Origin: Octopus sinensis
Taxonomy: Eukaryota
NCBI RefSeq assembly: GCF_006345805.1
Contig: NC_042997.1
Coordinates: forward strand, 178,312,001 to 178,376,000
Reading direction: 5' to 3'
Length of the DNA: 64,000 bases
Below the pieces are notes generated by a model. The model saw only the letters and a list, made by a program, of their open reading frames with translations. It made no database searches and had not been told where the DNA came from. The position numbers and the translations under genes were made by a program. Shown here one piece after another: positions 37,001-48,960 of this stretch (position 1 is its first letter; each line of letters begins with the position of its first letter).

Positions 37001-38391
37001 ATGCTTGCCACTAAGCAGGTCATCATCATCATCGTTTAATGTCCGTTTTCCATGCTAGCATGGGTTGGACGGTTCAACTGGGGTCCGGGAAGCCAGGAGG
37101 CTGCACCAGGCTCCAGTTTGATCTGGCAGTGTTTCTACATCTGGATGCCCTTCCTAATGCCAACCACTCCATGAGTGTAGTGGGTGCTTTTTATGTGCCA
37201 CGGCAGGCTGGCAATGGCCACAATCAGTTGGTGCTTTTTACGTGCCACCGTCACGGAAGCTAGTCAAGGCGGCGCTGGCATTGGCCACATTTGGATGGTG
37301 CTTTTTACGTGTCACCGGCACAGGTATCACAACTACAATTGATTTTTTGATGTTGATGTACTTGACTCACTCCTCAAGCACAGGTGACTTGTTAAAATAT
37401 ATTCTAAAAGAGGCAATCAGGAAGAGAAAACGTACATGTATGCATACATTTAGACAGAAAGAGATTGACTCACATATACATGTATGGATAGAATGATAGA
37501 TAAATCACTTGACTGATAGATAATTACTTGCAGAAATGTATAAATGAGTACATCTGATGGTTACAACCTGTAAAATCTATTCACACTGCCATTGTAACTC
37601 TAACATATTGAGTGAAGGCAGCCATATCTAACTGGGAGGGTGGCTTGTTGCCTGCCATCATGTATTTTAATTTGTTTACTGTTTGTATCTTTAGTTTACG
37701 CCAATATCATTATTGAAATAATTCATCCATTCAACTGCTGTTTGAAATCCTGACTTGCCAACAATTTTTTTTTTATTAAAAATCACTTGACTGTCATAAC
37801 CAAATATATCCTTCTAGCTATAATTTAGTAGCATCAGAATGCAAAGCTCACAACAGGTGGCTGGTAGCCTGAAGTACTATGTAACTATTAAGTTATATAT
37901 ATATATTTTATTCAAATGGAAATTGTAGTTGTGATACCTGTGCCGGTGGCACGTAAAAAGCACCATCTGAACGTGGCTGATGCCAGCGCTGCCTTGACTG
38001 GCTTCTGTGCCGGTGGCACATAAAAAGCATCAGCTGATTGTGGTCGTTGCCAGCCTCCCCTGGCACCTGTGCTGGTGGCATGTAAAAAGCACCCACTACA
38101 CTCATGGAGTGGTTGGCTTTAGGAAGGGCATCCAGCTGTAAAAACACTGCCAGATCAGACTGGAGCCCGGTGCAGCCTCCTGGCTTCCCAGACCCTGGTT
38201 GAACCGTCCAGCCCATGCTAGCATGGAAAACGGATATTAAACGATGTTGATGAAGATGATGATATACACCTAATCGTATATCTAAGACATACACCTAGTA
38301 GTATACCTATGGCTACTTGATGCCATCCACAGAATTGATGTAAATGTCAGTGGATCTACCTCAGAAATTTCTCAGTGTCTATCAAGTATAT

Positions 38392-39054
38392 AACAAATGA
38401 GAGAAGCAGCAAATGGAATTCACAAGATTCTTTATTAATCACAATGATCGTTTTACTCCATCTTGCATTGGTCCTTTGCTGGTAGAAATGTTAGCACGCC
38501 GGGTGAAATGCTTAGTGGTATTTCGTCTGCGGTTACATTCCGAGTTCAAATTCTGCCGAGGTCAACTTTGCCTTTCATCCTTTCGGGGTCGATTAAATAA
38601 GTACTAGTTACACACTGGGGTCGATATAATCGACTTAATCCGTTTGTCTGCCCTTGTTTGTCCTCTCTGTGTTTAGCCCCTTGTGGGTAGTAAAGAAATA
38701 TGTATTGTACAAGTGCTTATGGTGCACCCTTCAGTGCGGATGTACCTCATCAAGTGACTTTTTCAAATGGTATTTCGCTGAATAGACTTGGCTTTGCTTG
38801 GTTCTATTATAGTGCTTGTCACTATTTGCCTGTAGCTGGTAACAACATGCATTATAATTGAACCAAGCAAAACCAAGTTTATTGAGCAAGGTACCTTTTG
38901 AAAATTCACCCGACGAGATACATCTGCACTGCAGGATGCACTACAACCACCTGTACATTACCTCATCTGTGAGAGATTGATACAAGATGGGTTGAAATGA
39001 TCGTTGTTTTCAATAAATAATCTCATGAATTTCATTTTGTTTCTTTCATTTGTT
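38392..39054. repeat. Old fold-back element with hammerhead-like motifs; a family-B SINE is inserted in the left arm
   Basis: After removing the SINE (38478-38700), the left arm (38392-38819) pairs with the right arm (38845-39054) around a loop of about 25 nt. Confidence 0.8.
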
Positions 39055-39126
39055 TTGTGTGTGTGTGTATATATATATTTCGTTTTTGGATTCTTTATAT
39101 GAGTTTGTGTGTTGAAGCTTATTCTA

Positions 39127-39330
39127 TTGTGTCTAGGGCGAGTCATTTTCTTTTTGTGCCTTATTACGTAACACACTCACTTATAAAATTTCCACGTTTT
39201 TCTTATTTTTTATTCTCCTAAAATTTTCGTTGTGTCTTGCAACCTTTTCAATAGTTTTGACGTGGAAATTTTACTGGTGAGTGTGTTACATAATAAGGCA
39301 CAAAAAGTAAATGATTCTCCCCAGACACAA
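39127..39330. mobile_element. MITE-like element with about 70-bp TIRs flanked by TA
   Basis: TA|TTGTGTCTAGGGCGAGTCATTT...AAATGATTCTCCCCAGACACAA|TA. Confidence 0.7.
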
Positions 39331-40079
39331 TATATATATATATACACACTCTTTTACTCTTTTACTTGTTTCAGTCATTTGACTGCAGCCATGCTGGAGC
39401 ACCGCCTTTAGTCAAGGAAATTGACCCCAGGACTTATTCTTTGTAAGCCCAGTACTTATTCTATCGGTCTCTTTTGCCGAACCGCTAAGTTACGGGGATG
39501 TAAACACACCAGCATTGGTTGTTAAGTGATGTTGGGGGGGGGGTGCAGGCAAACACAGACACACAAACACACAAACACACACACATATACATATATATGA
39601 CGGGCTTCTTTTAGTTTCCGTCTACCAAATCCACTCACAAGGCTTTGGTCGCCCCGAGGCCATAGTAGAAGACACTTGCCCAAGGTGCCATGCAGTGGAA
39701 CTGAACTCTGAACCATGTGGTTGGTAGGCAAGCTACTTACCACACAACTACTCTTTTAAATTTGTTTATGGGAAATGTTTTGAATATGCAAATAAAGCTC
39801 CTATTCTATTATGCCAGCCACAGTCTAATGATGCTGACTGGTGAACCAGTTTTTTGGGGTTGCATCGAGCTGTACTGATTTAATGTAGGACATATATATA
39901 TATATATAGGCGCAGGAGTGGCTGTGTGGTAAGTAGCTTGCTTACCAACCACATGGTTTCGGGTTCACTCCCACTGCGTGGCACCTTGGGCAAGTGTCTT
40001 CTACTATAGCCTCAGGCTGACCAAAGCCTTGTGAGTGGATTTGGTTGATGGAAACTGAAAGAAGCTCATCGTATATATG

Positions 40080-40110
<31 letters not shown>

Positions 40111-40640
40111 CTGTGTTTTGTCCTCCCAACATCGCTTGACAACCGATGCTGGTGTACTTGCGTCCCCGTAACTTAGCGGTTCGGCAAAAAGAGACCAATA
40201 GAGTAAGTACTAGGCTTACAAAGAATAAGACCTGGGGTCAATTTGCTTGACTAAAGGCGGTGCTCCAGCATGGCTGCAGTCAAATGAGTGAAACAAGTAA
40301 AAGTAAAAGAATATATATATAAAGTTATATGTCACATCACAGTACTGGACTTGTTTCCTCTGAAGAAATTTGAGAAAGCACCAACAGATCATTCCACTGT
40401 ATCTTTTCTTTCCTTTCCTTCCCTCCTCCCTCACACATACACCAAAGTAACTGGTTGAAGACTTTGTCTTAGATTTGTCTCCTAGCAATATAAGAAGGTT
40501 ATGGGAAACTACTTCACATTTCAAATGCTTGTGTTAAAGTTCTGCCGTTTTGATCTTCGATATTCTGGCAGATCATTAGTGTTAGACAGTTTTCATCTGA
40601 TTCTATTTTAGTGGATACTGTATTAAAAATAAAACGGTAA

Positions 40641-40695
<55 letters not shown>

Positions 40696-41588
40696 ATTAA
40701 TAATCAAAAATAAATGATAAATAAATAAAAGTTGAAATGTTACTACAAAACTCAGGTGTTGAATATTAGATATTTTAGTAATTTTTAATGAGGAATTTAA
40801 TTAAAACAAATTAGTTTATGTTATCTTAGTATTTTAGAGGAATAATCTTTCTGATACACTCATGTATATATGCGTGTATTTGTATTTCCGCGTGAGTTTA
40901 GTGTATATACATTATAAGTAATGTGTGTGCGTGGTGTGTGAAAATTTAAGTATACTCTTAAGATTTTGGTTAACACATGTATATGTGCATTGCTTTAAGT
41001 ATATGTATGACCTTGCTTAAGATGTGTGTGTACATATATGTATTTCAGTGTGCGTTTGAAAGAAATTAAAAAATTTTGTTTGATATATTTGTGTGTATTT
41101 GAACTTCAGTTTTTGTTATAGTGTTTCTCTTTAATCTTCAGCCAATTAACTTGTTTAAGAGATTTCTATTTGAATTAACGGCCTGCCTCCCCCCTCCATT
41201 TCCTCTCGACCAAAACAACAACAATAATCGTTGATTTTTTGTTTACTTAGAGATGTCTTGTTTGTTGTTTTCAATAATGATGGTGTTTTATGAAAAAAAA
41301 AAAGAAAAAGAAAAGAAAGTAGAGATAATTAAAATTTATTTTCTGATTTCTGTACGAAAATATTGAGTACTGCGAATTGATCTTATTATAATTTATAGCA
41401 GTGGAGAGCATTGCTGAATGAGAGAGTGTGTGTGTGTAATGGTTGATTTGAAGGAGTATGTGTGTGGAACTGCCTGAGTGAAGGAGGAAGAGTCCGGTTA
41501 TTTGAGTGAGGCTGTATGCAAGATGGAATGTGTGTGCCTATGTAGTTGAGGATTTGTTTACGTGATTGAGTAGGAGAAGAGTTTGAGA

Positions 41589-41641
<53 letters not shown>

Positions 41642-42459
41642 TGTAGTTGGTTAAGTGAAAGTGTGTGAGAGAGGGATTGTTTGTGCCTGTGTGACTGAGT
41701 GCATGTGTGTGTGTGTGTAACCATGATGGCTGGAGTGTATGTTTGGCTCAATAGCGAAAAGTGTCAGTTAATGATAAGTAAGGGATAATGGAAGAGACAC
41801 AGTGTGGCTGAGTAAGGAAGAAGTTAAGTTGACTGAATTAAAAATATTTCAAATTTCTTTTTATTGTAAGCAATGTAGTAGTTCTTATTTATCCATATGC
41901 TAACAAGTAAACCTGTCACAAAAGTTGTTCTAGACATATTTACCTTATGATTTTGCAAGCTTATCTCAGACTACATTATTCAATATATCATTCTTGTTTT
42001 GAGGATGACCATAGGAGTGTGGTTTGATAGAGAAACATGGCTGCTCTTTCTAGAATCTTCCTCATTGGTTAAGCACTAAGAGGAGATGGTTGAATCAGTT
42101 GACATCTCTCACTCACCAATATTTTAAAAGGAAAACTATTTTTGCTTTACAAGTTTAACTGCAGCTATTTCTTGGATTGTGGCCATCCTCCTCCTAAAAA
42201 AACCCAAAGTGCTCAAACCATGAAGCTTGACACCCTTATCATAATGTGTTAATCAACTATTATAATTTTATAATATTAAGACTCAGAGTAACTGATATTT
42301 GAGCCCATGAAGGATTTCTTGTGTCTGTAATTTTACTCTTATTGTTCTTTTCAAAGTGAACCCCCATTTGTTGTCGATAATTTCTCTTGTCAACACTTAA
42401 CAAATTCACACCCAGAATGACAAGTAATTGGGTCCCTGCCTCAGCACCTCTCCAGGTTA

Positions 42460-43130
42460 AATTTGTGGGACCCATAGCAAATGATTTTAAATTGTGAACA
42501 GTCTATGCTTTACCTGTCTATTGGTCTAAACAATACTCTGTCTAGATTTGTTCTGGATGATCCGATGCGGTTTGTCCATGTTCACATTGGCATATTTAGG
42601 ATATACCTACCAAACAGTTGGAAGCAAGAGGTTTGTTAGGCTTTTGCAACTCCTTTGGCTGTCAGCTTGCCCCACACGATCCAAGTGTGCATCCAAGACA
42701 CCGTTCCAATCTCTCATTAGCACTTAGGAATGGACATTCCCAGGAAACACTCTAGACACCCAAAGAAATGTGGTTACCATGTACATGTTGGGTTGTGGAT
42801 GGCTCCCAGTCTGAAGGTATGACATTTACTGTGGGTTACATTCAGCACCTCCAATTTTTCTTCTGGGTCCAAGAAGTTGATCCGTGTCACAAGATCTAAA
42901 CCTTTCTAAAACAACACAACAGCTCTACCTCCTATTCCTGGTTGACTTGGAGGTAAGTAGATCTCATATCTACCAAAAATCGGTGCAAAGTCTCGTGGAT
43001 CAGAAATTCTGGTTTCTCTGATGGTCACCATATCTGTGTCTAGTGACCTGAGGCCATTGAGCAGCTGACTCTGCTTTGATGGTGATGCCAAGCGACATGC
43101 ATTTACACCGCTTGTTCTGAGTAAAGCCAT
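42460..43130 (-). mobile_element. Decayed L1/Tx1-like LINE ORF2 N-terminus (AP endonuclease)
   Basis: GVNACRLASPSKQSQLLNGLRSLDTDMVTIRET...GGRAVVLF, followed in shifted frames by DWNGVLDAHLDRVG and SRTNLDRVLFR. These match APE motifs (NxxG, QET, GDxN, xIDxx). Confidence 0.7.
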
Positions 43131-43764
43131 ATTTGACAAAAGTGAGCAGGGAGATGGGTATGTTGCCACTCTGGTTTGATGTGGGTGTCTCCATGAGCAG
43201 TTCTTTGTAAAATCTTTTATTGATATTCCTCCTGAAATCTCCATCTCTGTTAGAATGTTTTTTATGGCATTGTATATGCTACATGTTGTGTTGTTGATTT
43301 TTATGAGCTGGTGTGCTATTTGCTGGTCATTTTTCCCTGCTGTTTGTCTTAGATGTTGAAGGACTGTGATAGCAAGGTTTAAAAAAAAAAACAACATAAA
43401 ATGATGACCATAATGAAATAGATAGAGATGTATGAGTCTATGTACTTTGTGGTATGGATAAGTCTGTTACTTTGGGTATGCTACTTTTGGTTGGCTGTAG
43501 CTGTTGCTTTTCTAATTCAACCAGCCTGTCCCTTTATAAAACTACAGTTTTATAAGCAAATGATTAAATTAACACCAGTATTGGATTTTTTAAATCAACC
43601 TCAGAAGGATGAAAGTTCAACATGGTATTACTTGCTGCTCTAAGAATCAAAGTAATAAGGAATGGCAATGGTTTCTTTTCTTCTTGGCAGGATTGGATCA
43701 TGCATCATATTAACATGAAACTGGTGTACTACTTGTGTTTCTTGTACCAACCAGCATATTGTTG

Positions 43765-44190
43765 TTAGCCACTACACACATTATTTTCTCTCCTTGTCTT
43801 TTCTGTATCCCTTTCTGTAGCAGAGCGTAGGCTCGAAACGTAAAAGACTTTTTCTATTCCTGAGTGTTATACTAATACATCTGTTTGTTTTGTACACCAC
43901 CTGTCTTCATCTTTTGTTTTTTTTTGTAAACTCTCCCTATTGTTTTATATATATATATATATATATACATATATATTTAATGGGAAGCTTACGAAAATAA
44001 ACAAAAGATGAAGGCAGGTGGAGTACAAACAAACAATTGTATTAGTATGGCACTCAGGAATAGAAATAAAACAAGTCTTTTACGTTTCGAGCCTACGCTC
44101 TTCAACAGAAAGATACACAGAAAAGAAACACGGAGAGAAACAATGAGAGAAAAAAAATGCGTGCAGGAGCTAACGATTCAACATGGCGGT
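43765..44190. repeat. Tail-to-tail inverted pair of hammerhead-like repeats separated by (TA)n
   Basis: The + copy (about 43765-43940) and the - copy (about 43978-44190) are diverged relatives. Motifs lie at 43811-43846(+) and 44076-44113(-). Confidence 0.8.
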
Positions 44191-46077
44191 CTGATTTCGG
44201 CCAGAAGTCAGAGATCAGACGTTAGATGCAAGAGGGATAGTAGGGGAGATAACAAGGTCAAATGACCTCGCCCCAACATAAGGGTGCGTGTGTGTATGAG
44301 AGAGTATGTATGTGCGTATGAAAGGTCTGGACGTGTGTATGTATGTATGATGTGATGTGTAATGTCGTATGGTGTAGTGTAGTGTCGTATATATATATAT
44401 ATATAAATATTCAATAGGTAGAACAGTGGTTTACTGCAACTGGGATGCAAGATATGACATGATCAACTGTGGTTGTGTCAACTAAGCAAAGGCTTTGATG
44501 TTGTGAGATTCGAAATACCTTGAGATCCCTGGAACATCACTGATGATGCATCCTGGAGCATCTTTGAAATAGATGTATCTCAGAACTAATCATCATCATC
44601 ATCATTTAGTGTCTGCTTTCCATGCTAGCATGGGTTGGACGGTTCAACTGGGGTCTGGGAAGCCAGAAGGTTGCACCAGGCCAGTCTGATCTGGCAATGT
44701 TTCTATGGCTGGATGCCCTTCCCTAACGCTAACCACTCCGTGAGTGTAGTGGGTACTTTTTACGTGCCAGACGGGGCTGGCAAACGGCCACGGTCGGATG
44801 GTGCTTTTTACGTGCCACCGGCACGGGGGCCAGGTGAGGCTGGCAACGGCCATTAATTTAACAGTTTTACAGAGTTTAACTTAACTGTTTTGTAGTTTAA
44901 CTTTGCAGCTTTTTTTTTTCAGTCTAACTTAATAGTTTTACAGTTTAATTTAACAGTATTGTAGTTTACACTGACTCTGTTGCAATTTACTTCACTAGCA
45001 TTGCAGTTTACTTTAAAATATCCGTTTGGAAAATTTTGTTTTTGTTTTTTATAATTCATGCTTTGATTTAAGAATGTATTTGCTCTCAGTTGATAGACAG
45101 ATATCCAGCTTTCTTATTTAACCGACCCCTCTTTCTGTCTCTTCTTTACTTCATTCCTTTCATCGTTGCCCCCTTGCTTCATCTCCCCCCCTCTTCCCCT
45201 CTCTCTCCCTTCTTCCCTTTCTCCCTCACTTTGATTTTGAGTCAGTCATAGTTACTTTGATTAATGATCAAATTAAGAAGAATTGATTTTTGTTGTGACT
45301 GGTGCTAAAGATTTCACTTAATGTCTGGGCTGTGTTACATCAACTATGTTTACTCCTCAACTATGAGATACGCTGACTGACATGAATATTCGGCAAGACA
45401 AAGCAAAGAAAACCTTTCCACTGCTTTGTTTACTCTGCAATTAATCATATTTTTTTTTTCTCTCGCTTTCTAATTTTATTCTTTATTTTCATCTTTACAG
45501 TTTTGTTGTTGTTGGTATTTCTAATTTCTCATGTTGAAATATGCTTGACAGGTTCGCAGATTGTAAAATATGCATAAGAAGTTGGAGTGGGTATTTTACA
45601 GTGTGTTCTGTAACTAATCTTTAGCAAAGTATTCAAAGCATTTCTCTTTCCCTCTCTCTCTCTTGTTTCTTTTGCAAGCTAAGTAGGTTTATATTATTGG
45701 AAAATACATACCTATTATTAGTATTTTTTCAGCCAAAATGCTTAGTGGCACTTTGTTTGTCATCATATTCTGAGTTCAAATTCCACTGGGGTCGATATTC
45801 CCTTTCTCCTTCCAGATTCAAAATAAGTACTGGTTGAGTACTGAGGTCCACACAATTGGCCTGCTCCCTCTCCTAAAATTTCAGGTTTTATGCCTATAAT
45901 AGAAAGCAAAGTATACTTCTAATTGTCTGTGATAAGTTATTGGTATTATGGTTATATTTTTGAGGTTATTAACCTCAAATTTAGTGGTATATGTTATGAA
46001 AATGTTATGAAAATGGGGATGTTACTAACCCTTTTTGGGAAGAAGATTTTTTTCTTGTGTGTGAGTGCTTTTGTTAA

Positions 46078-46279
46078 CCCTTTAGTGTTCAGATTATTCT
46101 GTTAAATGTAATACTTTTTCACTCAAATTATTTTGAATTAATCATGCATTATCAATGATGTGATTGTTTATTTTTAGAATGGCATTGTAGGTTAGGTGTG
46201 AGAGGCTAGATATCACCAGTTTGAATATAAAACATGTAGAATATCTGGGCCAGATATGGCCGGTTTAAACATTAAAGGG
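46078..46279. mobile_element. TTAA-associated (piggyBac-like) MITE
   Basis: TTAA|CCCTTTAG...TTAAAGGG ends. Related copies lie at 62905-63092 (TTAA|CCCTTT...AAAGGG|TTGA), 63284-63478 (truncated) and about 11582-11650 (partial). Confidence 0.7.
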
Positions 46280-46424
46280 AACTTTTCAAATACACATGCT
46301 CTTGAAGAGGAAGTTGTTAGTTTTGTGGTAGTGGTAGTGGTAGTATTATTTCCAGTTTATTTTCGGACCTTTTGTTTTGATCATAAATATTCTTTTACCA
46401 TTGTTTATTATGTGAAATGTTGGT

Positions 46425-48960
46425 TATTTTTGATTTCAGATTTAGAATTCTTATAAAGTATTCTTTTACCTTTCATGGTTGTACATTTTCATAATTTATT
46501 TTGTAAAATGGGAATATTTCAAATTTTCCATTTGCATAGATATCTAGATGTTCACTGCATGAGATAAATACCTAATTTGTTGTTTATGCGCATTTACATG
46601 GCTGGTCAGTTTCTTTCTTGTCTCCTCAATGTAGTTTTCATTGCATTGTGGACATGTGATGCAGTAGATGAGGTTTTTTGTTTTGCAATTCATGTTTGCA
46701 TTCACTTTTAATTCCTTCCCATCCTTGAGTTTTTTTGGTCGTCCCTTGTTCAATTAATTTGCATGTCCCTTGCTCAATTAATTCACATATCCCAATTAAT
46801 TTGCATGTCCACAGTTGGATACTTGCATAATTTCTTTTTGAAATGTGAATCTCACCTTTGTTAGGAGCCCCTTGAGGTTTGCTGGTTGTCTTCGACAATT
46901 CTTGTTGATAATTTATGATTTTTTAATTATTTGTTGATTTGGTGATTGATGTAGAATTGGGAGGTATTGTTTGGCTGAGTGCAGGATGTTGTGGTTTCTA
47001 GGATTGTGGGTGACTACAAGTGGAATATTTGTATTTTTATTTTCACACCTGGCCTGAGTATTTCTCCTTAAGGTAGTGATTGGGCTTTCCTTTGCTTTTG
47101 TTATGGCATGTTGAATTAACTTGTTGGGATATTTTTGTTTCTGAAGGAATATATTAAGTTCTGAGGGTCATTTCTCTCGTTTAACAGTATCTGTGACTAT
47201 TGAGCATATGCAACTTGCCATATTAAATGGTATGTGCCTTTTTGTATGGGAAGGGTGGCAAGATCTAAAATCTAAATATTGATGTATGTCTGTTCTAGTA
47301 TTAGAGGTCATTTGTGACTGTCTCATTTTATTTAAGTATTAGGATGTCCAGAAAATGGAGTTCCTTTTCATTCATTTCCATAGTGAATTGGATTGATACA
47401 TGAATGCAGTTTATTGATTTAAGAAATTTTGTAAGGTTCTTATTTTGGTTCCAAAATATAAAGCAGTCATCTAAGAATCTTTTCCAGTTTCTGATAAGGT
47501 AGGTTTGGAAGTGGTGGTCAAAGTAGTTCTGGATAGGGTATAGATTTTTTCTTCTAGGTATCCCTTTACTAATGTGGCAAATGTTGGTGCGACTTTCATC
47601 CTCATTGCAGTGCCTTGTATTTGTTGATAGTATTGATTATCAAAGAAAAAGTAGTTGTTTTCCAGTACTATCTGTAAACCTTCAAGTATAGATTCTTTTG
47701 AGAATCTTTCCTGAATTCTTTGTGGGTGTTTGTTTATTTAGAATTCTACTGCTTCTTGTCCATATATATGGGGGAGATTTGTGTAGAGACTAGTTACATC
47801 AAAGGTAACTAGTACTCTCTCTTTATCCATTCTGGGATATGGTTTTAAGAAGTCCATGTTATCTCGGATGAAACTGGGAACTAATCTACATAAAGGTTTT
47901 AAAATTATGTCCAGCAAGTTGCTTAATCTTTGAGTGCTGGATGCAGGTCCTGCAATGATCAGATGATCTGTCTGGATTAATCGATTTTAGGGAGTCCATA
48001 GAAATTACTTGTTTTCACTTGAAAATTGGTTAGGTAATCTAACTCCATTTTTGTTAAGTCATCCTTGAATTTGTTGGTAAATCTGCCAATTTTGCTCACA
48101 GCTTTTTTATCAGCATTGCTATCTATTTCTGGTCATTGAGTTGTTCTAAGACCATTTCCCTGTAATGGGTCTTGTCCATTATTACAATGGCTCCTCCTTT
48201 GTCAGCTTCTTTAATGACTATAGATGAGTCTTCTTGTAGACATTGTAATGCTTTTTGTCCCTCATCTGTAAGATTTTGTTGTACAGGGTTTGCTGGAATG
48301 TTTGAGTTAACAGACCTTTTCAGGCATATTATATATTCCTCCAGACATTTGTTTCTGTTTATTGGAAATTTAAAAACCTGTTTTGTTTTGTACAAGCAAT
48401 GGATCATCGTTGTGATTGTTTTGAAAGAATTCCTGTAAGTGAAGTTTTCTGCAAAATTCCTCAGTATCTTTTATAAGGTCTGTTGTGTTGGATTTAGGAG
48501 TTGGTGTGAATTTTAGACCATTCTGTAAAATTTTTATTTCACTTTCCATAAGATTCTGTTGTGAGAGGTGATTATTTTGGGGACAGTTAGTCCGATATTT
48601 TCTTGACTCTTTGCATCATTAATATTTTTTTTTGTTTTTGTTTGGAGATCTTATTCCCTAAAAAATGGGGAGAGTCATTGGTATCTTGTCTTTCAGTCAT
48701 GCCATTATGTCGGAAGGGATTTACCTGGTTGTTATACCATCTAGATATTTCCGTCTATAATATATTAGTTTGTGTATTGGAATTTAGTCATTATTTTACA
48801 GTTTTTATTTTAACACCTGTACTTTTGTTTGTTTGTCATAAACATGTAATTTTTCTTTGGTCTAAAAGCCTCATTAGGCTTAAAAGGTGCTTGACTTGCA
48901 TACTTGTTGCTTATACATCATAGGAACTTTAGGCTCATATGGTAGGTCATTATGTCAAGT
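46425..48960 (-). mobile_element. Near full-length decayed Penelope-like retroelement (PLE): RT + GIY-YIG endonuclease
   Basis: Minus-strand motifs in order: NGLKFTPTP (about 48500), IVIKEADKGGAIVIMD (about 48200), LVTFDVTSLYTNLP (47771-47812), QIQGTAM, WKRFLDDC (47461-47487), CKTKNLIYCITCPQCNENYIEET and CSEHLD...IFPFYK. It has multiple stops. The 5' boundary is approximate. Confidence 0.9.

Noticed and set aside
45501-45514. Strong pyrimidine tract and AG near 45500 followed by a GT 14 nt later
   Set aside because: The donor is weak (GTATTT), the length is not a multiple of three and there is no coding signal, unlike the 20941 candidate.
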